Below are positions 36,620-51,573 of a stretch of 64,000 bases of DNA, piece after piece. A program made the position numbers and the translations under genes. Source of the stretch: Octopus sinensis (lineage: Eukaryota). Location of the stretch: contig NC_043002.1 in NCBI RefSeq assembly GCF_006345805.1, positions 70,246,001 through 70,310,000 on the forward strand, read 5' to 3'. The notes below the pieces were generated by a model. The model was not told the DNA's origin and did no database searches. It saw nothing but the letters and a program-made list of their open reading frames with translations. How positions within the stretch are numbered: the first letter of the stretch is position 1; each line of letters starts with the position of its first letter.

Positions 36620-38720
36620 CTTCCAATCTAAAAAATCAATATTTTAAAATATAAAATAATAATTTTAAAAAATATTAAAGTATGAATGAAAAAATATAAG
36701 TATATAATCCATATATAACCTATATATAATCCATATATAATCAATATATAAACAATATATAATATATAAACTAAAAAAACCTATCAACAATTAAATATAA
36801 ACTATAAATATAAAATATAAAATATAAAATATAAAACAAAACAAAAAAAATAATAATATAATAATACTAAAACTATATATACACCATACACATATACCTA
36901 ATTATATATAACCATATCTAACTACATACACTAAATCACACACCTATATATATCCCTATACATACACATAAAAACGTCTAGGCAACTATAAATAAATAAA
37001 ATAGCTAAATACTTCAACACAATACTTATTCATACTCCCACACACACACACATACAACCCACATTCACGCTCTAGAATACGGACATCACTCAAAACTATG
37101 AACGGAGAAATGGAATAAATGGAATTAAAAATTATATTCACTTGGTAAAAACGAACACTACTTAAAAATTATGAATGAAACAATGCAATAAAACAACAGA
37201 CATCGCAAATAGACACAAATTACTACGAATTCCTTAACAAACCTATCATGATAAACCAAAAACTCATAAAAACATATAATGATAAAATCTCCCTTTACTA
37301 AACTCTATAACAAACCTATATAGCAATCCCCCTAACCTAAACATTCACACACAAATACACACACGTAAACCACACACCCACGACATATACAAATACCCAC
37401 ACCACTTACACATACCAATACATACATATAAACCTCAACATATACTCCAAAAACCCACTCAACCCCACACAGACAAATAAACACAAAAATTATGAATGGA
37501 TTCTTTTATAAAACTACCATGATAAGCTAAAACTCACAAAACAGAAATGATAAAACCTCCCTTACTAAACACTATAACATACTTAAATAGCAATCCCTTT
37601 AACCTATACATTCACACACAAAAACACACACGTAAACCACACACCCATAACAAATACAAACACCCACCCCACTCACACACACCCACAAGTACATATAAGC
37701 CTCAACATATACACCAAACAAAATTACTTTACCAAGGAACTTAACATATGTATAAAAAGTATAACCGCTCTGGTAACGAACATCTCTAAATTAATGAATG
37801 GAGAAATGGAATAAATGGAATTAAAAATAATATTCACGTGGCAAAACGAACACCACTCAAAAATATGAATGAAACAATGTAATAAAACAACCAACATCGA
37901 AAATAGACAATTACCCACGAATTCCCTAAAAAACCATGATAAACCAAAACTCTTAAAAACATATACGATAAAATCTCCCTTTGCTAAACTCTATAACAAA
38001 CCTATATAATAATCCCCCTAACCTAAACATTCACACACAAATACACACACGTAAACCACAGACCCAAGACTTATACACATACCTATACTAACTTATAAAC
38101 CTCAATATACACCAAAACCCACTCACTCCCCACACAGACAAATTAACACATACATCCCAAAACCTAAATAACAAACCCATATACACATTCACACACAAAC
38201 ACACACACACGCAAAACACACACACACAACGGATACATATACTCCCTCACATATACGCATATACATACTCACTAAACTCGATATATACAACAATATTTAC
38301 ACACCCACACTCATACAGATAAATAAATTATACAACTAAAAACTCACACACAAACTCATATACATAAACACTCCTATGAAAACAACATTAAATACATCAT
38401 AATTAACCAGAATATCAAAACTAACAATATGACATGAGGATAAATAAAAGACATACTTACAAGTCAGTTTCAAATTATGAAGTGAAATTAAATTCTTAGC
38501 CGTTAAAAAAATCAAACCAAAATTACGTTACCATAGAAATAACTTATGTAAAAAAAGAATACGCGCCATGGAAAGTAAACGTCATTTAAATTATGAATGG
38601 AGAAATAGAATAAATGGAACTAAAAACTATATCCACGTGGCAAACCAACACTACTTAAAAAAATTTATATTTATTCCCTAATATTTATTATAAAATATAA
38701 AATATAAAAATATAAAAATG
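36620..38720 (+). repeat. A/C-rich, G-depleted nested direct repeats (possibly a decayed Penelope 5' region)
   Basis: Module X (ATGAA.GGAGAAAT.GAATAAATGGAA) at 37098, 37794 and 38593. Module Y (ATAAAA.CTCCCTT..CTAAAC...CACGTAAACCACA) at 37282, 37550 and 37968. No G on the + strand at 36701-36975. Confidence 0.7.
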
Positions 38721-39227
38721 GCGGTGCCCCAGCATGGCCACAGCTCATAAGCTGAAACTAGAATCAATCAATCAATCAATCAATCAATCATGTATACAAC
38801 CCGTGCAACCTCGTACATTGACACATATATAGAGATGCCAGTGCACAAACACACAAGTTCAAGTGTATACATACACATACACTCGTGTGTGTGTGTGCTC
38901 AAGCACAAACATACGCTCACTCACACATACACAGGGACGCACTCTCACGAACACACACTCGTGGCCATACACTCACCCACATCACAATTCTAATTTTTGA
39001 CAACATTGCTTTTAAAAAAATGGTGAGCGTAATAAGGAAAATTATATGAGAGATATGTAAAATGTATACCTCTATTTCGGATCATCTATAAATTAAAATC
39101 AAAGTAAGCCTATACAACATAATAACACTAAGTCGAAGGTTTTTCCTAATAAATATGTAGAAATATAAACAAAATATATGCATGAGACTTTGCTATACGG
39201 AAATACATATATACATATATATATGTA

Positions 39228-39259
<32 letters not shown>

Positions 39260-40145
39260 CAAACACATATACTCGCATTCAATTGGAGGATAAATTAGCT
39301 TCATTTAGGGATAGTATCATCCAATGAATACCTAATATTTGTTGTGAATAATAATACTCGCAAAACAATAGGTTCATATATAAATCATGGTTTATAATCA
39401 TTCAAAGAAAGTAAAAAAATGGAGATATAACATTTAATAAAAAATATATATTCATTTACTTGAACTGGTGCACATAAATGTATCACCATGTATGTGTGCA
39501 TATGTGCATACTTATATGTATCTATTGTTTGCATACGTATATTAATGTGGTTGTGTGCGGGCGTGTGTGTTTATATATGTACATATATTAATATTTAGAT
39601 ACGTATATCTACGTATATGTATATGCATTGAATTAAAAGACGAATGCTTTTTGGCCAGTGTTATTCTATGTTTATGTATTATTTTTATATCAGTTTCCTT
39701 TGGATTTATAAAAAACTTACCTACATATTTTATCTTCTCATTCATATGATATTCTACTCCACAGTAATTTACTATTCAACTTCAATTTATTTACCCATTA
39801 TTACCCTAAATATATTCACATTTTATCCATTACCAACTAAAGCAACCTATGACCACCTAATCCAGGCATATACCAATATTAACCATAAATTAATACTCAG
39901 TCTGCTGTGATAATTTTAAAATACAACACTTAAAAACCTAACGGTATATCTTTTTTCTTCCTCTATGAAGAGCATTTGCTAAATATAATGATTTTAATAA
40001 TTGCTATTTAATCCATTAAGCTTAGATGAAACAACTGTAAGGGACTATGTTTGAGTCTTGCAGATAATATATTTTTAAAGCATGATTTATATATATTGGC
40101 TAAACTGGCAAAATGACCATTCCAAAATATAACAATATATATATA

Positions 40146-40183
<38 letters not shown>

Positions 40184-40499
40184 TATATATATAATATATA
40201 TATATATATACACACATATATGTGTGTGTGTTTATGTATATTTATTTATTTATGCGAATTTGTGTGTATGTATCTCTCTCACTCACTCACTCTATCTATC
40301 TATCTGCCTTTCTGACTGACCATCTACACATGTCAGATCACTTTTTAGTGCTGCAAGTGACATGTAACTCAATACTATAATCTATCTCATGGTAGGGCCA
40401 TTGGCAACTAAACCATAACCAAATGGTAGTTTTCATTGGACACTCTACAAACGAAAAACTAAATCTGTTATAAGTTGGTGAACCCAGCAGAGTCAACAG

Positions 40500-40800
40500 C
40501 CATCCAGCATCTGGGATGAGAAATCTAAGATTTGTTTAAACTTCTCTCTAGAAGAAACAAAACTCAGATGTAACGTCTACGACATTATTTACAACACAGG
40601 ATGTAGAGTAGTTCTACATAGGAAGCACATATAAAAGCTGTTTAAAGCGAGCCTATTCAAGACCTCTTCTTAATTTAAGAAGCTTCAAGGACATGCACCG
40701 CTTCTTTTTTATCATCTGTATTATGTGTAGCATACTATGGTTGCCTGTAGCCGAGAAAGGCAAAACGCTCAATGAAAAATTCTCCGATGATATGATGGTA
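40500..40800 (+). mobile_element. Penelope-like GIY-YIG endonuclease remnant
   Basis: KICLNFSLEETKLRCNVYDIIYNTGCR / FYIGSTYKSCLKR (FYIGST at 40612-40629) matches the C..C...IY...C...YIG.T...L..R signature; decayed. Confidence 0.5.
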
Positions 40801-41922
40801 TTTGTTACCGAGGGAGTGATGTTCACTGAATACCTGTTGCAAGAGGTCTTCCTGGCAAGACATTCAGGCTGCTCATCTTTAAGAGAAGAGCCAAGTGATG
40901 ACACACACTCACATACACACACACGCGCAAGCCTGTAAAAATATATATGAATATACAAATATGTATATATACATACATATGGCTGAACTCTTGAAGTGTA
41001 CAAATGTGATTTGCTTCCCTCTGCCGAAGTCAGTTGTAAGCTTCACAGCTATAAAGCAAACTGACCGTTTGCATATATTTGCAACCACGTGTTTACCTAC
41101 AAACCACTCGAAAGTACGTTTCTTTTTTACTCAAATACAAATTATTATATACCGAAATAATCTCTCGTTTATGCACAAACAACCAAATAACCAAAAGCTC
41201 ACAACCATAAGAGAGAATATATCTATATATACACTTCTTTAATATCTTCAGATAATCAAAACCTCACACACACATAAGAAAGAATATATACATATATCTC
41301 AATCAAAATAAAACCAAGAGAAAAAAAGCAAAAAAAAAAAAAGCAAAAAAAAACATGGCGTCTGACCGGCAGACTTACAACAACCGAAATTGATCTCTTC
41401 ATAAGCACATGGTTTTCTCTCTCCCTAACAGAAAACAAACATTTCGTGTATAAATGAGATTGCCGAAAAAGCAGCGCATATACTCAACATTCGAAGTGTT
41501 AAGCAAATACGCTGCAAACTAAAACACATTGAGGTTTCCTTTAAACTAAATCAGGGTCATTTTCAAATACTTCGGTGTCTCTTTTACTCTTTCACTTGCG
41601 CAAGGTGCCACGCGGTGGTTGGTAAGTAAGCTACTTGCCACACAGTCACCCCTGCGCCTCTTCAAATTTACTCTTCAAATATTGGTCAAGCACAGCAACA
41701 AACAGCAACAGCCAGAAAATCATGAACGGCAGCAACAAGCAACAGCTAGAAAATCATGAACGCAACAACAACAACAACAACAAAAACAACAGGAAGAGCC
41801 GCTCCTAAATTCCAGCATAATAACTGATATATTGAACGTTAGTATCTCTCCTCCTTTCTTTCACTCACCACTCTCACAACAGCCACCGCAATCATCATCA
41901 TCATGATCATCATCATCCTAAT

Positions 41923-41953
<31 letters not shown>

Positions 41954-42059
41954 AGCACTGCTGCCACCATCGTCGTCTACCACTTCAAATACTAAAAATA
42001 AACCACTGCTTTCTTCCCCCACATCGCCCCCTCAATCCTACTGTAGTATAAAAATCCTC

Positions 42060-44585
42060 TGTGTTGATTAGTCGACAAACGGTTTGAAACCAGGCACTCC
42101 CACTTCAACTGCTGACAAAGAAGCAGTAGAGTCACTTCTTGACTTTATGAATGAGTTTTTCTTGTCCCAACTTGTCTTTGCATCAAGATATCAGAACATT
42201 TTAGACCTTGGGTTTAGTAACCGCACTAACACTATACATAATGATACAGTGGTAAAAGCCCTTCTTTCAGGCTATGACATGGTTCTCAGTAACCTGAGAT
42301 TCTACCAGCCGAAAGCTAACCCTAGTGACCTCTCTCCAGCCCACCGATTTGATAACATGGATCTCTATAATGTGGACTGGGACCTAATCAGGAATGAGCT
42401 ATCACATGTTCACTGGCCTTTCACACATGCACACACCTCCTCTAGCATCAAAATGTCTTGGGAGATCTTTGTAGACACTGTCACAAACATGTGCAAAACA
42501 CACCCCAGTAACACCTGTGAACACAACTAAGTGCAGAATTCCCCAAAACAGAGAAAACTATTATCAGAAAAATAAAAAGAACAAACAATAAAAGTAATAA
42601 ACTAAAATACTGCGAACAGCCACACATATATTCGACGGTTATTGCTCTGCTTGAATAAAAAGAAATATAACCTCCAACAATACATGAAGATCATCATCAA
42701 TAACCAAAGGACAGCTGAGGAGAAATGGGTCGTCGAGAAAATCAAACTCAACCACTAAGTGTTCTTTATTGTGAAAAAACACAAGGTCTGCACTGTTGAT
42801 GAAAATGGCACTCTCCAAGATAATGCGAAAACCATGAGATACTGCAGAAACAGTACTGTTTTGTTTTCAGCAATCATGATATGGCCGATCTGGACTATAT
42901 CAGTGATGTAAATCCTCAACACACTATATCGGACATAATATTTCGCGCCCCTGATGTCTTAGCGGCAATAAACGAAATTGAACACAATTCAACAGTATAC
43001 CCTGATAGGTTCCCTGCTTGTGTCCTGAAGGTGTGTCGACACCAACTTGCATCTCCTTTTGCTAATCTATGGAGGAACTCACTGGATGCTGGCTATATTC
43101 CTGAAAACTTTCTGTCCCAATCTCTTGTCCCAGTTTTCAAAAAGGGAAACAAGTCCCTTGTAGTGAACTACACTTCGATCTCACCCACCTCTCATATCAT
43201 CAAGGTATTTGAGAGGGTGGTGAGATCACGAATAACCCACTTTCTTGAAAGCAACAGACTGCTGAACCCCAAACAACATGGGTTCCATAACAGAAGGAAC
43301 TGCTTAACGCAGCTGCTGCATCACTTTGATGAAATTTGGAGAGCATTAGGGGAAGCCTCCAACACCGATGTCATCTACCTTGATTTCAGCACGGCCTTTG
43401 ACAGAGTTGATGATAAGATTCTCTTGAAAAGCTATCCAACAATGGTGTCTCTGGATAGTTACTACAATGGAACAAGTATTTACTGACGGACAAACTTCAC
43501 ACCTTGTAGTCGAAGGAGTGAAATAAAGCCCTGCCAATGTCAGCAGTAGTATTCCACAAGGCACTATATTGGGCCCACTTCTTTTCATCATCTACATTAT
43601 TGACATAACTAACATCATTAAGCACAGCAACATAAGAATCTTTGCAGATGATTCCAATATCCAGAGGTCATCAATGAAGTGGGTGACCGGACAATTCTTC
43701 AGTCAGATCTACTGGCTGTCATCCAATGAGCGGAAAAGAATAATATGCTGCTGGACGAGTACAAATTTCAGCTAATCCAGTTCGGAAAAGAGAACACCCT
43801 GAAACTCCCATACTTCCTTCCTTCTGGTGAAACTCTCATGGCATCCAACAACATCAGAAACTTGGGAATAATTGTGGACAACAACATAAGCTAGGCCGCT
43901 TATATAAACAGCAATGCTGACATGGCCTGCAGACCGTATTCCAGGATTTCCAGAAAATTCCAGTCGATAGATATCCAGACCATTATCCTTCTCTTCTCCA
44001 CTTTTGCCCGACACCACCTCGAATACTGTTGTCCGCTGTGGTATGACCACACGAAACAAAGTATCATAAAAGTTGAAGCACCTCAAAGGTCAATTACAAA
44101 AAATAGATGACTTGACAATCTTTGACTATTGGGGTCGACTAGAAAAGCTCAAGCTTATTCTCTCCAAAGCCGCCGTGAGCGGTACATCAACTGCCTGATG
44201 TGGAAAATATTCCATCAACATTGCCCAAATAATGTTGGTATCAGCTTTAAGATGCACCCAAAACCTGGGCCCCGTACTATCCGCCCACGACATAAATCAT
44301 ACTTGCATCACACAATACGTCACGATTATTTCACCTCAATTGGCCCCGCTCTCTTTAACATTACAGGAAAACACATTAAAGCAGAAATAGACCCTATAAA
44401 GTTCAAGAAGTCTTTGGACAAATTCCTTCAAGAAATCCCGGATAAACCCCCTACACCTGGATATGTCTCTGTAAACAATAATTCTCTCCTCGAGTGGGCC
44501 ATGTTGTCCAATTCCTGACTTGAATGACTTCGCCAGGTGTTGCTATTGGGTAGACATGGCCTGGGCCAATACTGGTCGAAACCTA
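42060..44585 (+). mobile_element. CR1-type LINE ORF2 remnant (APE end + RT), pseudogenised
   Basis: QNILDLGFSN, VPVFKKG, NYTSISPTSHIIKVFERVV, QHGF, VIYLDFSTAFDRVD, IPQGTILGPLLFIIYI, FADD, LQSRRERY. Many frameshifts. 3' UTR ends in (CATA)n. Confidence 0.92.
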
Positions 44586-44699
44586 TCATACATACATTCA
44601 TACATACATACATACATACATACATACATACATACATACATACATACATACATACATACATACATACATACATACGTACATACATATATATATGTATAT

Positions 44700-44731
<32 letters not shown>

Positions 44732-44764
44732 AATATATATATATATATTATATATTATATATAT

Positions 44765-44829
<65 letters not shown>

Positions 44830-45831
44830 GTTCAAAGTTGTACAAAAAAAAATAAATAGATAAAACAGAGACAGGTGATGGAAGAGTGTTTGACGTTTCA
44901 AGCCCCCGCTTTATGTAGAAACGAATGAGGGAAGTCGGAAAATTAAAAAAAAGAAGAGAAACAGAGACAATAAATAAATAAATAAATAAAAAAAACCATA
45001 TCATTATGAAAAGTTGGACATATTATCTATCTGTCTGTCTGACTGTAATTTAAATCTCTTTTTCATAAGTTAGCTGTAATGATTTCTGGAATATGACGAA
45101 GTAGTTTCTAGAAGGTAGACTTGAATCGATTAAACAAATTAATAATTTGATACTTTGATAGATTAGAACCAGATCAAAAGGGTATAGGAACCGTTTTTCT
45201 TCTGTGTTACATACAACCAATATAGAGTGATTTACCTGAAGGATCCATTCTATACAGGAAATATAAGTATATAAATATAAGAACAATTGTTTATTTGTTT
45301 ATTATTGTTGTTATTATAGTTTAGCCCCAGGCCAGCAAAGATCGTGGTCGATAATGATAAGCACTCAGGTGGGTTAATCCGATCTTTTAAAATAACAATT
45401 GTCACTTCTGTATTTTATGCTATTTACTTACTCAAGACAGGTAGACATGACTGTTATTTCTCGCACATTGAGTGACTACACCGAGGATGCATCACTTAGA
45501 CGTTGTTGATTTACTCCAAGTCAAACCTGATTAAGCAGATCTATGATCAAAAGCGTTCCATTTGCGACCATCGCATATTTTTCTTATGTGTACGACCCTA
45601 GGATCACATTATCGAACGTGACCTGCAGATTAATCACTCACTATTGGTTGCAAACCAAATAATCAAAGGAGAGTTAGCTTTTGATATGGCCCTAATTTAT
45701 CACAATATCAAACTACTAATTTGTTTAATCGATTCAAAGTTATTTTCTAGACGTTACTTCATCATATTGCTGACATCATTACAACTACGTTCAGAAAAAT
45801 AACATTAAAACTTAGCTCTCTCTTTCTGATA

Positions 45832-45870
<39 letters not shown>

Positions 45871-45872
45871 TC

Positions 45873-45913
<41 letters not shown>

Positions 45914-46098
45914 TGTATATATATATATATAGGGAGAGTTTACGAAAAAAACAAAAGACGAAGACAGGTGGTGTACAAAACAAACATGTATTAGTATAAC
46001 GCTCATATATATATATATTATATATATATAAACACACATATATATATTTATATTTATATATACATATATATATAGGTCTATAAGAATGTATGTATATT

Positions 46099-46165
<67 letters not shown>

Positions 46166-46374
46166 GTATATATATATGTATATATATATGTTTAGATACA
46201 AATGAACATATACACACACACACATGATACATGTTGTCTATGTAATGTGAAAACTGTCAGTAAATATTAAACTTGAAATACAAATTAGAAATTTATGGAT
46301 GTATGTGTGTGTGTGTGTGGTGTGTGCGTGTGTGTGTGTGTGTGTCTGAAGGTGTGTCTGAAGGTGTGTGTCTG

Positions 46375-46640
46375 AAGGATTAGTGGTTCACGTATTGGGC
46401 TCACGATCGTAAGGTCGTGAGTTCAATTCCCGGCGTCGCGTTGAGTAAGACATTTTATTTCTCGTTCTTCCAGTCCACTCAGCTGGCAAAAATAAATAGT
46501 ACCTGTAATTGAAAAGTGCCATTCTTGTGACATTCTGTGTCTGGCTGAATCTCCTTGAGAACTACGGTTAAGAGTAGATGTGCCTGTGGAGTCCTCAGTC
46601 ACTTACACATTAATTTCACGAGCAGGCTATTCATTTGATC
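46375..46640 (+). mobile_element. SINE family D
   Basis: TAGTGGTT A box, GAGTTCAATTCCC B box, TCCACTCAGCTGGCAAAAA and ATTAATTTCACGAGCAGGCT; homologous to 63178-63505. Confidence 0.82.
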
Positions 46641-46794
46641 GGATCAGCTGGAACTCTCGTATGTATATATACACATATACATAGGTTCGATGCATGGACG
46701 AAGTGGGCATGGTTTTGGCCCTGGGTCAGTATTACTCACTGACGAGAACAAAGTGATCATTCACAAAATTTGAAATCACTATGATACACTCTTT

Positions 46795-46912
46795 CAAGCT
46801 TTAGTCAGCCCGAGGCTATAGTAGAAGACACTTGCCCAATGTGCCACGCAGTGGGACTGAGCCGGTAACCATGTGGTTTGTAAGCAAGCTACTTACTACA
46901 AAGCCACTCCTA
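46795..46912 (-). mobile_element. SINE family A, 5' part
   Basis: AGCCCGAGGCTATAGTAGAAGACACTTGCCCAA.GTGCCACGCAGTGGGACTGA...AGCCACTCCT. Confidence 0.88.
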
Positions 46913-47099
46913 CGTATGTCTAATTTTCATTTTCCATTCTTTTCGTCTATAGTCCGGGGTCTCAAAATTTTACCACTCGTCCCTTCGAATTCGCCCTTGT
47001 GTACAAGTGAAAACTATGGTCTTGAGTCGTTTTGACTGCTATTTTTAGCATACTGGTGCTACAAGTAGTACTCGTCATTATTACTCGGCATAGACAAGA

Positions 47100-47328
47100 C
47101 GGCGAGCTGGCAGAATCATTAGTAGCACACCGGACGAAATGCTTAGCGGTGGTTCGTCTGTCGTTATTTTATGAGTTCAAATTACGCCGAGGTCACATTT
47201 ACCTTTCATCTTTCCGGGGTCCGTAAATTAAGTACCAGTTAAGTACCCCAGTTACGCTCTGGGGTCGATGTAATCGACTATCCCCCTCCCCTAAATTTCA
47301 CGCCTTGTGTCTATAATAGAAAGGATTA
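47100..47328 (+). mobile_element. SINE family B variant
   Basis: GGCGAGCTGGCAGAATCATTAG...GAGTTCAAATT..GCCGAGGTC...GGGGTCGATGTAATCGAC. Confidence 0.85.
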
Positions 47329-48029
47329 TTAACGCATAGACATATAAGTAGATATATATATAAACCTATATACACAAAGGTCCACAGCACAGTTTCCGTC
47401 TCTTAAATTTTCTTCATCAGGGTTTTGGCAAAAACCTCAATGGCACGCCGAGCTGCAGCAATGATCTGAAATTACGTAATTGTGAAGAGAATTTCACAAC
47501 GCCAAACCTTGCCGGTATAAACTCTTTAGTTACACAGTTCTGTTAATTATGTTAATTAATTTTGAAAATAATGAAGAATTTCTTAAAATACCTTTGCCAT
47601 TACGAAACCGGTAACTGGGAAAAATTAATATGAAATTCTTATGGACGACTCTGATTTAGATCAATTTTAAGCATAAAGCTTGTATCATAGAACTGGGGGC
47701 ATAGGCAGACAAGAAGGTTGTCAAAGAACTGTTCAGACTGACCAGGAATCCAAGAAATATAAATTTATATTCTTCTTGTTGATGTATAATTTGCATTCGG
47801 TGCGAGGCTTACTGCCACTGATGATTTACAGATACGGAGAGATTACGTGATACAGTTGTTACATATCCCGGTGCAGACGATCAATTTATCAGGCGATATA
47901 GTAGGCACCTAATTAGCATATGTCGTGAACATGACATAAACAAATGATTAAGACGATCTGAAGGACACATTCAATTTAGGTTGGAAAGCTACTGTCGCTA
48001 ACGAATAATTTAATGATATCTGATATTAA

Positions 48030-48245
48030 CTTCAAATTTTGGCACAAAGCCGGCAATCTCAGGGTGGAGGCTAAGTGGATTACATTGACACTAGTACTCA
48101 ACTGGTACTTATTATTTTATCGACCCAGAAAGGATGAAAGGCAAAGTCGACCACGGTGGAATCTGAACTCTGATCGTGAAGATGGACGAAAAGCCGCTAA
48201 TATAATTCGCCCGGCGTGCTAATGATTCTGCCCGTTCTTCGCCTT
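48030..48245 (-). mobile_element. SINE family B variant (inverted relative to 47100-47328)
   Basis: ATCGACCCAGAAAGGATGAAAGGCAAAGTCGACC...CGCCCGGCGTGCTAATGATTCTGCC. Confidence 0.85.
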
Positions 48246-49639
48246 GAATAACAACATCTAATAATAAAGAATAAACAGCCACATGCCTAATCTCCACAAG
48301 AAACTCATCTTCTGAAGATATATGTGTATTTCCAGTAGTTTTTGTAGTTTTACCTAGAATTGAACCACTCTTACTTTGCATCCGGAACGATGATCACTGC
48401 AAAAGAAGTTTACCTTATAAGGGTGGTTATCAGTAAGTCTACAATGAAAAATCAATAATTCATTTTTTTTTCATTCGCAAATCTACAAGAAGCAGATCAA
48501 GCATTCAATAAAGATATTTTAATAAATATCGGATTTGAGAAATGTTCCATGATTACTATAAAACATAAAGGAAAGGAAAATAAATATATGAATAAAAAGG
48601 AAATTGCGAGAAAATAGAAAAAATAATCTTATGACAGATGAAGACTTTGAAATCAACCCGTTACTATGAAAAATGTCTGGAAAAATATCCACTTTAGTTC
48701 AGTTCTTTCTGTGCTCTCCAACACATTGGCAGCTAGTCGACGCCATTGGTTTCTGTTCGCTGCGGTTCTCTCTGCATCCGGCCCTGTACTATTGGTCTCT
48801 CTCTCTCCCATATCGGTAATGAGTGTTCTCCAGCTTGTTGTTTTCGTCCTTCCCCTCTTTCCATTTCCTTCCTGTTGTATTCATTTAAAAGGTGCTTTAG
48901 AATGACGTTCTGGTTGCCGGAGTATATGACTGCCAGTTTTTATCTTTGACATAAGCCAATACTAGATTAAATAGAACGAGAATTTTAGGAAAATATGAAC
49001 CAAGGCTAGTGACTGTGTGGTCGTTCAACCTTAAATTTTATAGCAAAATCAAGGAAAAAATAGCAAACCCTATGAACATTTTGCAGAGACCCTGATCTTG
49101 GTGAGAAGAAAGAAGAATATTAATCAAACTAAAAACCTGAAATGAATATTTCCAACAGAAAGGACTTCAGTAAAGCCAATGAAACAAAATGTCAGGTGAT
49201 AGAGTTAAAATGAGTTAGGGTTTGAGACTAATATCCAACTAAAATGTTAGGAAAATAAAAATAAGAAATAAGTGGAAATTTTACCGGTGAGTGTGTTAAA
49301 TTATAAGGCACAAAAAGAAAATGACTCTCCCCAGACACAATAGAATATGCTTCAACACACGTACTCACATAAAGAATCTTGCAAACCAAATACCAAAACG
49401 AAACCAAATCCAAAAACAACTAAATAATATTTTCTAACTTAAGCGTATGCAACATAATTTAATGGATGGAAACAATAAATTCAGTCAACTTCATTATTTC
49501 ACTATGGCTTTATTTCATTGGTCGCAAATGGATGAAAAACAACGTCGACCTCGGTAGGAATTGAAGCAAAGTGTGTAAGATGTAGCTCAAGACACTTTAT
49601 GGATTCTGCTACTCCACCAGTCTACTCTAAATTATGGGT

Positions 49640-50070
49640 TTCAGATTTAGGATCGAGGCCAGCAAATTTTTTGTAAGATGGGAAAGGTGATTGAATTGAC
49701 ACGTCCCTAGTAGGTGTTTGGTACTTTATAGTATGACCTCCAAAGGAATAAAAGACAAATTTAACCTCAGCAAGATACGAACTAATAAAGTAAAGAACAT
49801 GAAAGAAATCATTATGCTTTTTTTTCGACGCTCTAACGATTGTGCCAAACCGCAGCCTTACCTCTCATTGCTGAATAACTCTCTCAACCTTTGCTACAAG
49901 AAGAGTAATTTTGGGAAAATTTAATCGATAAAATCGATCGTATTTTGTGGACCACGAGAAGATGAGAGGCAAAGTCGGCCTGGAAGGGAATTTGTACGTA
50001 GAACGTCAAAGAGACGAAAACGATACAGCAAGCTACTTTTTCTGACATTCTAACGATTCTGCCAGCTCAC
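49640..50070 (-). mobile_element. Two old SINE family B remnants
   Basis: GATGAGAGGCAAAGTCGGCC and CTAACGATTCTGCCAGCTC motifs. Confidence 0.6.
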
Positions 50071-50702
50071 CAAAACAGAAACAAAAAAGATTAAAAAATG
50101 GAGTTTAAAATTAGATCGTACTTTGTGGCTGCATAAACTGCTTCCATAATATAAAGTTCAAAATATATTGGTAAAACGAACTTAAAGCTGTCATAAAGAT
50201 TCACCTTTTTAAATGTCATACATGCACAAACAAAATAAAACCTGATATTATTAGGTAAACTGCACATATTTCAAATGGGTAGATACATAAACTGAATATA
50301 TAAAACATTAACCATCTCTCTCTCTCTCTCTCGTTGGTTCATTCACTCAGTAACACACCCACTCTCTCTATTTTTCCCTCTGTGTACGTGTGTCTCATTC
50401 ACATAAATACACGCGAACAAAGATAGATACATCCAGACGTACACTTTCAGAGATGCACACACAGCCACGCACGAACTGCATGCATCTGAGGCCCATATTA
50501 CCGCGTCTGGTACAAGAGGAAAAAACACATTGAAAAGATAAATGATAATGAATTATAACAATAACAATAGTTTTCTTTTCTTTTCTTTTCTTTTTCATTT
50601 TAAATATTTGTTGATTAATTTGTGTTTGTGTTCTGTTATCGATTTACATGAATTTAAAAAAAAAAATATCTAAATATAGACACGACTGCAAAAGCTTGTG
50701 AA

Positions 50703-50704
50703 TC

Positions 50705-50784
<80 letters not shown>

Positions 50785-51268
50785 AATAATAATAATAATA
50801 ATCATCATCATCATCATCATCATCATCGTCATCGTCGTCGTCGTCGTCATCATCGTGACCACTGTCGTCGCCGTTGTTACTGTCATAACAGTAACGCTTT
50901 ACTCCCTCCTACTCTCGCACCCACATCGCCACTATTACTTGTCATCGCCATCATGATGCCACCCCTCCATCAACGTCACTACCCCTACCACTACCATCCT
51001 CCGCTTTCCCACCAGTGCCATCACCATCACCGCCGCCGCCAGCGCCATCAACAACCAATAGCGTCACCACCACCACAAACCTCCTATCATCACCGCCATT
51101 TTCTCCACTTCCACTTCCTCTTCCCCTCTTCCTCGTCTTCGTCTTCCTCCTCTTCGTCTTCCTCCTCTTCATTGTCATCCTCATTAGTTTCGTCATTATC
51201 ATGATGATGACGCTCCCCACCACATCACCACCACCGTCGCCACCACACCAACGTCGTCATTGTCATCG

Positions 51269-51311
<43 letters not shown>

Positions 51312-51380
51312 TCTCTTCGTCGTCGTCGTCGTCGTCATCGTTGTTGTGGTGGCGGCGGCGGTGGTCGTCGTCATCGTTAT
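50703..51380. repeat. Mosaic trinucleotide tract (AAT, GAT, CAT, CGT, CAC, TCC)
   Basis: Directly visible. Confidence 0.9.
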
Positions 51381-51537
51381 GAAGATCAAAGAATAGCAAC
51401 TCTGCAATATGTTTTAATGCTCTGTGGTGAAAATTTCACCAAAAATGGTGTCTATCGATGGAGAAATGTAACTTCTGTTCGGAAACTTCTCTACGAAACT
51501 TCGTTTCTCTACTTCTAACCTAACCCCACTCCCTGCC

Positions 51538-51573
<36 letters not shown>

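Noticed and set aside
36620-38720. Mitochondrial insertion (NUMT), suggested by the A/C skew
   Set aside because: No recognisable mitochondrial protein, rRNA or tRNA motifs; the nested repeats and adjacent hammerhead fit a retroelement better.
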